From: an uncultured Acidobacteriota bacterium
GTDB lineage: Bacteria; Acidobacteriota; Terriglobia; UBA7540
Assembly (NCBI GenBank): GCA_963804995.1
Contig: CAWDSK010000001.1
Location: 576,001 to 640,000 of the forward strand
DNA length: 64,000 bases
Direction of reading: 5' to 3'
The position numbers and the translations under genes were made by a program. The notes beneath the pieces were generated by a model. It searched no databases and was not told the DNA's origin. It saw nothing but the letters and a program-made list of their open reading frames with translations. Shown in pieces: positions 40,174 through 48,448 of this stretch; within the stretch, counting starts at the first letter, position 1, and each line of letters starts with the position of its first letter.

Positions 40174-41525
40174 GGCGCGGCCGGGATAGCCTTCCGGAAT
40201 CCGTATTTCTTGATCTTATTGTAGAGGGTGACGCGGTCGATGCCGAGCACTTTGGCGGTCCGCGTCTGGTTCCACTCACAGACCTCGAGCACGTGCAGGA
40301 TATGCCCGCGTTCTACGTCATCAAGCGCTAACCCCCCCTCAGGCGCGGGCGGCGTTGAGACCTGCAGGGGAAAATCCGCAGCCTGGATTTCCGGCTCGCG
40401 GCCAATCACCATGGCGCGTTCGATGGCGTTTTCCAGTTCCCGTACATTGCCGGGCCACTCGTATTTCATCATAAGGTCGAGCGCCGGCCGGCTAAGACTA
40501 GTGAAGCGTTTGTTCATGGCGCGCGAATACTTGTGCAGGAAATGATCGGCGAGTAGGGGGATATCCTCTTTGCGCTCGCGCAGGGGCGGTACCGTGATGC
40601 CGAAAACATCCAGGCGGTAATAGAGGTCGGGGCGGAAGGTGCCCTCTCTTACCAGGGTGGTCAGGTCCTTGTTGGTGGCAGCGACGGCACGAAAATCCAC
40701 CTTGATCGGCTGGTTGCCGCCCACGCGGGTGATCTCTTTTTCCTGGAGGACACGCAGCAAGTCGGTCTGGGTCTTCAGGCTGATGTCGGAAATCTCGTCG
40801 AGAAAAACCGTGCCACCCTCGGCGACCTCGAATTTGCCTTTCTTGCGGTACTGCGCGCCCGTGAACGCCCCCTTCTCATGCCCAAAGAGTTCGCTTTCGA
40901 GCAAGGTCTCCGTCAGCGCGCCACAATGGATGGTGACCATGGGCATGAAGCGGCGCGGGCTCAGGTTGTGGATGGCGCGCGCCACCAACTCTTTGCCGGT
41001 CCCGCTTTCCCCGTGAATCAGTACGGTGGTATCGGTGGGCGCCACAGTCCGGATGGCCTCCAGCACTTTCTGCATGCCGCGGCTTTGGCCGACCATCTCA
41101 ACGGCCTGAACTTCCTCCAGATTTTCGCGCAAGCGCAGGTTCTCTTCCTTCACGCGGCGATGGTCGAGGGCTTTGGAAACCGTGTGGGCCAGGTCATCCG
41201 GGTCGAACGGCTTCATGATGTAATCGTAGGCGCCGTCTTTGAGCGCCTGCACGGCAGTCTCAACCGAGGCATACCCGGTCATAATGATGACGATGATGTT
41301 AGGGTCGACCTCGCGAATCTTGCGGTGTAGCTCCAGGCCGTCCATGCCCGGCATCTTGATGTCTACCAGGGCCAGGTCCCAACGCTGGCGCGGCAGCTTC
41401 AAGAGCGCCTCGCGGGCGCTGGTGGCGGTATCCACACTGTAGCCCTCTTCTTCAAACCATTTTCCAAGCGATTCCCGCACGACACCTTCGTCGTCGACTA
41501 TCAGGATGCTGGCCTTTGGATTCAT
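40170..41525 (-). CDS. Sigma54-dependent response regulator (NtrC/AtoC type)
   Basis: AAGGAG RBS; receiver domain, GESGTGKE, GAFTGA, WPGNVREL, HTH. Confidence 0.95.
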   Translation of the reverse strand: MNPKASILIVDDEGVVRESLGKWFEEEGYSVDTATSAREALLKLPRQRWDLALVDIKMPGMDGLELHRKIREVDPNIIVIIMTGYASVETAVQALKDGAYDYIMKPFDPDDLAHTVSKALDHRRVKEENLRLRENLEEVQAVEMVGQSRGMQKVLEAIRTVAPTDTTVLIHGESGTGKELVARAIHNLSPRRFMPMVTIHCGALTETLLESELFGHEKGAFTGAQYRKKGKFEVAEGGTVFLDEISDISLKTQTDLLRVLQEKEITRVGGNQPIKVDFRAVAATNKDLTTLVREGTFRPDLYYRLDVFGITVPPLRERKEDIPLLADHFLHKYSRAMNKRFTSLSRPALDLMMKYEWPGNVRELENAIERAMVIGREPEIQAADFPLQVSTPPAPEGGLALDDVERGHILHVLEVCEWNQTRTAKVLGIDRVTLYNKIKKYGFRKAIPAAP

Positions 41526-41544
41526 TTTCTCTACTCCTTCAATT

Positions 41545-42008
41545 CGGGATACGGGATACGGGACACGGGATACGGAACCCGCGGTTCGCCTCAAGATTTC
41601 GCCTTCCGTATTCTCAACACCCCGATCAAACGATTAAGCATTTTCTCGATATCTTTAAACGGCTTCGAAACCGAACCAAACTCCTCTGAATTTAGAAAGT
41701 GTAAGTTGCACGCAACAATCAGGTGTGTCTCCAGTTCCATCAGTGACCCTCGCGCCACCGTCAGGAACTGAATGTATTCTCCCCTGGACCCTCTTCCCCA
41801 TCCTTCTGCGATATTAGCGGCGACCGAGGTCGTGGCCCTGCGGATCTGTGAAGTCAAGCCGTACCGTTCTGTGTCGGGGAAGTGAGCGGTTAATCTGTAG
41901 AGTTCGGTTGTAAGGGAAACAGACTTCTTCCAAACATCCAACTCCTTGTAGTTCTGAACCACAAATGCCCCCTACGCTCGTATCCCGTATCCCGTGTCCC
42001 GTGTCCCG
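41545..42008. repeat. Inverted heptamer arrays bracketing a four-helix-bundle gene
   Basis: (CGGGAYA)n at 41545-41575 and the reverse-complement (TRTCCCG)n at 41979-42008. Confidence 0.85.
41591..41962 (-). CDS. Four helix bundle protein ('23S rRNA IVS protein' family)
   Basis: YKELDVWKKS, FPDTERYGLTSQIRRA, ANIAEGWGR, ARGSLMELETHL. Confidence 0.92.
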   Translation of the reverse strand: MVQNYKELDVWKKSVSLTTELYRLTAHFPDTERYGLTSQIRRATTSVAANIAEGWGRGSRGEYIQFLTVARGSLMELETHLIVACNLHFLNSEEFGSVSKPFKDIEKMLNRLIGVLRIRKAKS

Positions 42009-42012
42009 GCTT

Positions 42013-43626
42013 TCACGCCGCGGCGCCGATGTTTACCGGCGGCTCCTCCGGCAGGAGGACGGTGAACCGCGTCCCCTTCTGCGCCGTAGAAGCCACCTCG
42101 ATGTTTCCTCCGTGCTGCTGGATGATGCCCAGGGCAATAGCCAGGCCCAGACCCGTCCCTTGGCCTTCTTCCTTGGTCGTGAAAAAAGGCTCGAAGATGT
42201 GCGAAAGGACCTCCGGGGGAATGCCCGGCCCTTCATCGCTTACCACGACCGAGCCCAAGCGTCGCCCCGGGTCGAAGGTGCTTTCGATAACCAGCCGCCC
42301 GCCCTGCGGCATGGCCTCGATCCCGTTCATCAGGATTGCCAATAACGCTTGCTGAACTTGTCCCGAGTCGAAATAGAGGGCCGGCAGGTCGGCTGCGAGT
42401 CTCTTCTCCAACTCGATGTTCTGCAAAGTCATTTGATGTCCTACCAAAAGTAGACAGCGTTCGATGATGGCATTCAGATCGTTCTTCTGCGGATTAATGG
42501 GATTCTGCCGGGCGAAGGTGAGCAGGTTTTTGACGATACTGCCGCAGCGCCGGCTCTCTCCCTCGATGATATGCAAGTAGCTTTTGGCCTCGCCCAGACG
42601 TTGGTCGTTGCTGAAGCCCTTGTCGGCCATGCGCGAAATCAGCTTGCTGTAAGTCAGGATGCCGGCCAGGGGATTATTGATCTCGTGTGCGACCACTGCT
42701 GCCAACTTCCCGAGTGACGCCATCTTCTCCGACTGGGTCAGGCTGCGATAGGCGCGCTCGAGCTCCTCCGTCTTCCGGCGCACCCGGTCCTCGAGCGTCT
42801 GAGTCCACTGCCGGTTTTCCGCCTGTGCCTTCTTCAGTTCTTGCGTCATTTGGTTAAAGGAAACGGCCAGGCTACCGATCTCGTCCTGGCTTGTTTCCGG
42901 CAGAAGATAATCCAGGTCGCCCTGTGCCACCGCGCGGGTGCCTTCCGTCAGCCGGCGTACGGGTTTATGAACCGTGAACCAGATCAGCCAGGCTGAGAAC
43001 AGGCTCACCATCAGGATGGAGGCGATGGTAAAGACCACCAACCGCCGCTGGTGCTGGGCCACGGCAAGGTCAGCGGCGGCCAGCGAGAGGTTTGTGTCAA
43101 GCACGCCCAGTACCTGGCTGCTGTCGGTGTGCGCGTGGCAAGCGGCGTTCGAGCAATCCGCCTCATTTTCGATGGGCCGGATCAGCCCCAGCACGCGGGT
43201 GCCATCCTGCGCGGTGTAGATGCGCATCCTGTCCGGCCGGTCGAGCCGGGCCAGCGGCTGCGCCTGCGCGTGACAGGCGTAACAGGCTTCCGCTTTCTTA
43301 TCCACAAACTTGCCCACCTCTTTCGCGTCCGTGGAAAAGCTGATTTGCCCTTCCTTATTAAAAATGCGGATGCGGCTGATGCCGTTCTCGTGCCCGATGG
43401 TGTTGATGATGTGGAACACGTCCTCGCGCTGGTTGCGCAACATCGAGTAGCGAATGCTGCGGCGGATAGTGTCACTGATGCGGTCGGCGCTCTGGAAGAT
43501 AATCTCCTGCTGTGATTTCCGCCAGGTGCGCAGGTTCCAGTACCCGTAAAGGCCAAAGAGAAGCGCCACCCCGCCCACCGCGCAGGCCGTCAGCTTGATC
43601 GCCAGACTGTGAGTTACACTAGTCAT
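42013..43626 (-). CDS. Membrane histidine kinase with periplasmic heme-c-type motifs, HAMP and HisKA/HATPase domains
   Basis: TM-periplasmic (CYACH, CSNAACH)-TM, HAMP, AHEINNPL, DEGPG, GTGLGL. Confidence 0.92.
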   Translation of the reverse strand: MTSVTHSLAIKLTACAVGGVALLFGLYGYWNLRTWRKSQQEIIFQSADRISDTIRRSIRYSMLRNQREDVFHIINTIGHENGISRIRIFNKEGQISFSTDAKEVGKFVDKKAEACYACHAQAQPLARLDRPDRMRIYTAQDGTRVLGLIRPIENEADCSNAACHAHTDSSQVLGVLDTNLSLAAADLAVAQHQRRLVVFTIASILMVSLFSAWLIWFTVHKPVRRLTEGTRAVAQGDLDYLLPETSQDEIGSLAVSFNQMTQELKKAQAENRQWTQTLEDRVRRKTEELERAYRSLTQSEKMASLGKLAAVVAHEINNPLAGILTYSKLISRMADKGFSNDQRLGEAKSYLHIIEGESRRCGSIVKNLLTFARQNPINPQKNDLNAIIERCLLLVGHQMTLQNIELEKRLAADLPALYFDSGQVQQALLAILMNGIEAMPQGGRLVIESTFDPGRRLGSVVVSDEGPGIPPEVLSHIFEPFFTTKEEGQGTGLGLAIALGIIQQHGGNIEVASTAQKGTRFTVLLPEEPPVNIGAAA

Positions 43627-43866
43627 TCAGATCCCTCGGCACACGGGATACGGGACACGGTATACGGGACATGGGAAACGGGATGTGGGGCTCAGGTTAC
43701 CGAGCATGTGACTCTCAATTTGGAATTGTGGACCCATCACTCTCCGGATCTGAGAAGTCAGGCCGTATCGCTCCGTATCTGGTAATCGCGAAGTTAATCT
43801 GTAAAGATCCGTAGTAAGGGCAATTGCCTTCTTCCAAACATCGAGCTCTTTGTTGTCGTGAACCAC
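43627..43866 (-). pseudogene. Truncated four helix bundle paralog within inverted heptamer arrays
   Basis: First ~42 aa nearly identical to 41591-41962 (KELDVWKK..LPDTERYGLTSQIRR), then similarity ends; arrays at 43641-43684 and 43895-43962. Confidence 0.8.
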
Positions 43867-43874
43867 AATTCCCC

Positions 43875-45074
43875 TCAGCTCCGGGCTGCAAGTTCCGTGT
43901 CCCGTATCCCGTTTCCCGTACCCCGTATCCCGTATCCCGTCTCCCGTGCCCCGTGTCCCGTGCTTGGCTCCATCACATTCAGGTAGCGGACCGCCAAACT
44001 GAACAGCAGGAACCCCACGCCCACGATCGACAGCGTTACCGCCACCTCCGTCCAGCGGGGGAAGTAGTGCACGCCGGAAGAAGCCGCCAAGCCTGTAATC
44101 GAGACGTTCAAGCGGTTCAGAATGAAGCCTGTGATCACCAGCACCGCGACGGCGAAAAGGCTCTCGCGATTTTCACGAACCTTGCGGAAAAGAAGCATCG
44201 GCAAGGGAATGAGCACGCCCAGCGTAACTTCTAAGAGGAAGAGGACCGTCTCGGTGGAAGGTTCGCGCAGGTGAGAGAGCGCCCCGCGCCCCCAGAGGTC
44301 CTGAAATTTCAACAGGCCGTAAATCGCCAGCACCACGGCCATCGCCCGACCCAACACTTCGAGCAAGGGCATCTCAATCTCCCGGCCAAAGGCGCGTGAA
44401 CTCAGGTTGGATTCAAATATCACCATCGCCATTCCCACGCCCACCGCGGAAATGAAAAAGAACACGGGGAGCAGGGGCGAATACCAATAGGGATGCAGCT
44501 TGGTGGGCACGATCAGGAACAGGCTGCCCAGCGACAACTGGTGCAAAGTCGAGAGCATCACGCCGGCAATCACCAGCGGAATCGTCGCGGCTTTAACCAG
44601 GCGCAGTGGGGTGTGCAGGTGAAAGCGTTCCAGAACCGCGGGAGAGAATTCCAGCGCCAGCACCGTGAGGTAAAGCATCACGCACCAGGCAACCTCAAAC
44701 ATCACGGAGTGCGGATTCCACATCACCAGGGGATGCCAGATGTTGTAAGGCTTGCCCAGGTCGAAGAGCAGTGCCACGGCCACCAGGGCGTAACCCAGAA
44801 ATGCGGTGAGAATCGAAGGGCGAAGCACAGCGTGGAAGCGCTCGATGTGGAAGACGTAAACGATCGCCGCCAGGGTGAAGCCGCCTGCCGCCAAGCCCAC
44901 GCCGCAAAGCACGTCGAAACCAATCCAGATCCCCCAAGGAAACTGATCCGACAGGTTCGTGGCGGCGCCCAACCCTTTGACGAAGCGCAGCACTGCGGAA
45001 TAGAAACCCGCAGCCAGGATTAGAACGAGGACTATCCGCCAGAAAGTGAGCTTAGGAAATTTTGAGAAGGTCAT
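43875..45074 (-). CDS. NrfD/PsrC-family integral membrane subunit (HybB/HmcC-like)
   Basis: GLGAATNLSDQFPWGIWIGFDVLCGVGLAAGGF, DLGKPYNIWHP, SVMFEVAWC, LSTLHQ; ~10 TMs. Confidence 0.9.
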   Translation of the reverse strand: MTFSKFPKLTFWRIVLVLILAAGFYSAVLRFVKGLGAATNLSDQFPWGIWIGFDVLCGVGLAAGGFTLAAIVYVFHIERFHAVLRPSILTAFLGYALVAVALLFDLGKPYNIWHPLVMWNPHSVMFEVAWCVMLYLTVLALEFSPAVLERFHLHTPLRLVKAATIPLVIAGVMLSTLHQLSLGSLFLIVPTKLHPYWYSPLLPVFFFISAVGVGMAMVIFESNLSSRAFGREIEMPLLEVLGRAMAVVLAIYGLLKFQDLWGRGALSHLREPSTETVLFLLEVTLGVLIPLPMLLFRKVRENRESLFAVAVLVITGFILNRLNVSITGLAASSGVHYFPRWTEVAVTLSIVGVGFLLFSLAVRYLNVMEPSTGHGARETGYGIRGTGNGIRDTELAARS

Positions 45075-45093
45075 AATCAAACCCCGTAAATGC

Positions 45094-45274
45094 TGTCCGT
45101 TGTCAGTGGTCCGTGGTCCGTTGTCCAGCCGCCACTCGATCCATTCTCCATCGTAGGGGGCCGGGTGGTTGCCAGGAACCCCTGGAGACTGCCCCCACCG
45201 TCGAACCTTTAGCAACGGACAACGGACCACGGGCGACTGACGACTGTTCCCTGTCACCTGTTCCCTGTCACCTG
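45094..45274. repeat. Inverted heptamer arrays with no enclosed gene
   Basis: tgtccgttgtcagtggtccgtggtccgttgtcc versus caacggacaacggaccacgggcgactgacgac, plus cctgtca/cctgttc units. Confidence 0.75.
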
Positions 45275-46075
45275 CTCTTCCGCCTTCGCCACCTCTTCGC
45301 GGCGGTTGGTAATCCACCAGATCCCGCCCAGAAGCACCCCACCCAGGGTGACAAGGCTGGGGATCTTGGAGAGCACCCGATAGGTCAACATCGGCATGGG
45401 GTCTGTGGGCAGGTTGGCGGGCAAGCCCAGTTGCTCAAAAGGCACCGCCGAGAGATAGAGCACCGAGGTGCCCCCCACTTCATCCTTGCCGTAAATGTGC
45501 TGGAAGTATTTCGACGGCTCTTCGCGCAAACGCTTCTCGGCCTCTTTCAGCAGATCGTTGCGCTCGCCAAAAATGCCGGCCTGCACCGGGCAGACCTCTG
45601 TGCAGGCGGGCTGCTGGCCTTTTGCCTGTCGAGGCGCGCACTGGGTGCACTTCCTCACCTTGGGCAGGAGGGCTTTCCATTCATAGCGGGGAATGCTGAA
45701 CGGGCAGGCCATCATGCAGTACCGGCAGCCCATGCACTTGTCCGCGTCGTAAACTACCGGTCCTGCAGCCGTCTTGTGCAGCGCGCCTACGGGACAAACT
45801 GACGCGCAAGTAGGTTCCTGGCAATGCATGCAGAATCGCCGCACGAAAATACTGCCATGCGTCTGGACCACGTTGAGCGTGTCTGCGGACAATTTGCCGT
45901 CCACCTCGCCGTGGCTTTGGGCGAAGGTAACAAGGGCCTCCTCGGTCAAGGGCCCTGCTGGAAGGTCCTTAGCACCGGACTCGTCGAGGGGAAGATAGTT
46001 CACGATCTTACAGGCGGTAGCGCAGGCTCCACATCCGATGCATTTGGTGGTATCGACGAGAATGGATTTGCTCAT
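45254..46075 (-). CDS. 4x[4Fe-4S] electron-transfer subunit (HybA/FdnH-like), C-terminal TM anchor
   Basis: CIGCGACATAC, CMHCQEPTCASVCP, CMGCRYCMMACP, CTQC..CTEVCP, YGKDEVGGTSVLYL; no Tat signal; GGAG RBS. Confidence 0.9.
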   Translation of the reverse strand: MSKSILVDTTKCIGCGACATACKIVNYLPLDESGAKDLPAGPLTEEALVTFAQSHGEVDGKLSADTLNVVQTHGSIFVRRFCMHCQEPTCASVCPVGALHKTAAGPVVYDADKCMGCRYCMMACPFSIPRYEWKALLPKVRKCTQCAPRQAKGQQPACTEVCPVQAGIFGERNDLLKEAEKRLREEPSKYFQHIYGKDEVGGTSVLYLSAVPFEQLGLPANLPTDPMPMLTYRVLSKIPSLVTLGGVLLGGIWWITNRREEVAKAEEQVTGNR

Positions 46076-46147
46076 TTTTTAAACATCTCCGTAGAGCGAC
46101 AGATTGGACATTCTGCCTGTGACAAAAGTCCGACCCATTAAATGTAT

Positions 46148-46165
46148 AAGCACGCCATATGCCGA
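46148..46165 (-). promoter_or_regulatory. Putative sigma54 -24/-12 promoter for the hybA-like operon
   Basis: Minus strand TCGGCATATGGCGTGCTT = GG-N10-GC, ~75 nt upstream of the start. Confidence 0.5.
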
Positions 46166-46509
46166 GAAATTCAGCAGTTGAGGCTCACAATAGGCCTTAT
46201 TGTCCGAGATACCTGCAGCTCAATTGCAACCAGATTCCACTGCTGTGAAATTACGCAATCGAGACCGTTCTGTGATTGGGAAAATTCGGGGGGGTGGTGC
46301 GAGCAGAGCTTGCAGATTATTCTTCCCCTTGGCGCCTGGTCCATGGGTCGGATCTTGGACGAGGAGAGAAATCACGCAATGGGTGCAGGTCTTTTAATGG
46401 GAGTCACCCGATATTAGCAGTTACAAGGTTTTGTTAAGAGTGGTGGGCTATCCACTATGCGAAACCGCTCCTACGATGCCAAGAATAATGACATGCTTCT
46501 CAATCGCCA

Positions 46510-47202
46510 TTACGGCTGGTGAAGGAAATTCGCCTCGAAAGCGCTCCAGGCCGTCGGGCCAAGTTCACTGAGGCAACCGACCGCAGGAAGTCCACCATCC
46601 TGACTTGTGACACCGAGGGCTAGGTCTGGCGAGACTTGCGTGAAGATGAACTCGCGAAAGCGCGCAAATTCGTTCTCGAGCCACATCACGGCTTGCTCAC
46701 CGAAGCGTACGTTCGGGGAGGTCTCCTCCACGCGGGTGGGGTTAAGGTAACAGATCCAGCCGCTTCCATAGGGGTCGGAGCTCACGAGCTCCGGTTGATT
46801 TACGAGGCGGCTGTTAACGGCCATCACCCGACCGGTCATGGCCGATGAAATGGTGACAGCGTGGCCATTGCGCTCCAGGCGAAAGAGGGGCTGACCGGCA
46901 CTCACCTGGTCGCCCACTTTGGGCAGAACAATCCGGCGGACCGCGCCAACCGCGCGCACAAGCAAAGCGTCAGCGCCCATTTCCAACCCGCCCGTAGGAT
47001 CGGGTCGGAGCCAGGTATGCTGGCTGGCGAGGTGAACGCCTTCCGGCACTTGGCACAACGCCTCAAGCTCATACGCCCTAGCCTGGGCTCCGGGACTCCT
47101 CGCCAGCGCCTGGTGTGCCACCCGCCACGCCTGCCACTTCACGATTCCCAAGTCCGTCAGAACCAGGCAAACAAACATCAGAGCCACAAAAATCGCGACC
47201 AT
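46510..47202 (-). CDS. Membrane-anchored GcvH-like protein, lipoyl Lys absent
   Basis: N-terminal TM; HTWL, LPKVGDQV, MTGRVMAVN, SDPYGSGWI, QDGG; lipoyl loop reads LERNGH. Confidence 0.8.
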   Translation of the reverse strand: MVAIFVALMFVCLVLTDLGIVKWQAWRVAHQALARSPGAQARAYELEALCQVPEGVHLASQHTWLRPDPTGGLEMGADALLVRAVGAVRRIVLPKVGDQVSAGQPLFRLERNGHAVTISSAMTGRVMAVNSRLVNQPELVSSDPYGSGWICYLNPTRVEETSPNVRFGEQAVMWLENEFARFREFIFTQVSPDLALGVTSQDGGLPAVGCLSELGPTAWSAFEANFLHQP

Positions 47203-47261
47203 AATCATCCTCCAGAGACATTTCAAGCGGGGCTCGTCCGAGCCACGTACCGAGCGTGACC

Positions 47262-47939
47262 TTAGCCGAGCAGCATTTCTTCTACGAACTTCTCCCACTG
47301 GAATTCAGGGACCAGACTTAGCACGTCCCCAATGGCGTGACCGCCGTCTTGCAGGCGAGCCTCCGAACCTGGACTAATGCGCGTGTGGAGATCGGCGACG
47401 GATTCCTCCATCCAGCGCTGTGCCACCCTCCCGTGCAACAGGTTTTTCAGATTGCCTTCCGCCGCCGGCGCGTTCACCGCCACCAGCCAACCGACGCCGT
47501 AAGGGTCCTGATGAGCGAGCGCGGGATTGCGCAGGACTTCCGGGTTTACGTCCACCACTTCGCCCTCGATGGGCGAGAGCATTTGAAAGCGATGACTGCC
47601 CCGGCCAAGCGTCCATCCCTTTTCGCCCTGACGCAGCCAGTGGCCGCGCGCGGGCAAATCGATTTGATCAATCTGGCCCACCAGCCGCGCCGCGAAATCA
47701 TCCAACCCGATGCGCACCACCTGGCGCGATTCTCTCATCGCCCAAGCGTGCCCGGGATGATAGGAAAGATGGGCGGGGACCTTGAAACCTCCCACGACGT
47801 TCATCGAAAAGGCCAGCTCTTCGCCCCGCACTTCCTCAGCCGCATTCTTTACTTCCATCTGCTGCGGCCGGCGCCTTTGGAGGTAGTAATCCACCGTGAC
47901 GAAGACTATGAATGTTGCGAGCATCAATCCAACAACCAT
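47262..47939 (-). CDS. Membrane-anchored GcvH-like protein, lipoyl Lys absent
   Basis: N-terminal TM; YHPGHAWA, RIGLDDFA, SPIEGEVVDVN, DPYGVGWL, QDGG; lipoyl loop reads LGRGSH; GAGG RBS. Confidence 0.85.
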   Translation of the reverse strand: MVVGLMLATFIVFVTVDYYLQRRRPQQMEVKNAAEEVRGEELAFSMNVVGGFKVPAHLSYHPGHAWAMRESRQVVRIGLDDFAARLVGQIDQIDLPARGHWLRQGEKGWTLGRGSHRFQMLSPIEGEVVDVNPEVLRNPALAHQDPYGVGWLVAVNAPAAEGNLKNLLHGRVAQRWMEESVADLHTRISPGSEARLQDGGHAIGDVLSLVPEFQWEKFVEEMLLG

Positions 47940-48004
47940 TTAGCACCTCAGGGGGTTCTGCTCCCTTGCTACGGAGCGAAGCACCCGAATCTCACGATGG
48001 ATAA

Positions 48005-48022
48005 TTGCAGACCACTGGCCAA
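48005..48022 (-). promoter_or_regulatory. Putative sigma54 -24/-12 promoter for the gcvH-like pair
   Basis: Minus strand TTGGCCAGTGGTCTGCAA = GG-N10-GC, ~65 nt upstream of the start. Confidence 0.6.
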
Positions 48023-48135
48023 AGGCAGCAGCTTTACAATAGTGAATAGTCCACCAATCCCCCCTAAAATGCAGCAGATAGAGCATCTCAGGAATTTAAT
48101 TGGAAATGGACATATTTGCTGAAAACTAGCCTAGT

Positions 48136-48255
48136 TGTTGCGGTTTTCAATAGCGGCACTTCGACGGAAGGTCGCATACTGTCGGAACAGTCTTTGTTTT
48201 CATGTTGATATAGGGCTGTTGTCTTGCACAACATAGGCCGGTGAATAGTTCAACA
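48136..48255. promoter_or_regulatory. Putative upstream activator sites TGTTG-N7-CAACA
   Basis: Perfect copy at 48217-48233; near copies at 48136-48152 and 48239-48255. Confidence 0.45.
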
Positions 48256-48448
48256 GGTATAGGACTCCCTTCGCTTGTAAGAAGCCCGCCTCATACGCTC
48301 GAATTATTAATGACGCTTTGAAAATTCACTTTTCCATCAGAGAGGCACATAGGTACAGTGTAACGCAATTCTCAGCGCCTCCGCGCCTCTGCGGTGAGTG
48401 GGATATCTCAGGGCATTGTTTCACAGCTTCTGAGGCAACGAGTTCCAT

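Noticed and set aside
41591..43866. Diversity-generating retroelement (Avd-like genes) or rRNA intervening sequence
   Set aside because: No reverse transcriptase, no TR/VR pair and no rRNA gene in the window
43875..46075. Hydrogenase-2 operon (hybAB)
   Set aside because: No small or large hydrogenase subunits or maturation genes, and the Fe-S protein has no Tat signal, so gene symbols were withheld
46510..47939. Glycine cleavage system (gcvH)
   Set aside because: Lipoyl Lys absent, TM anchors present, and no gcvT/gcvP nearby
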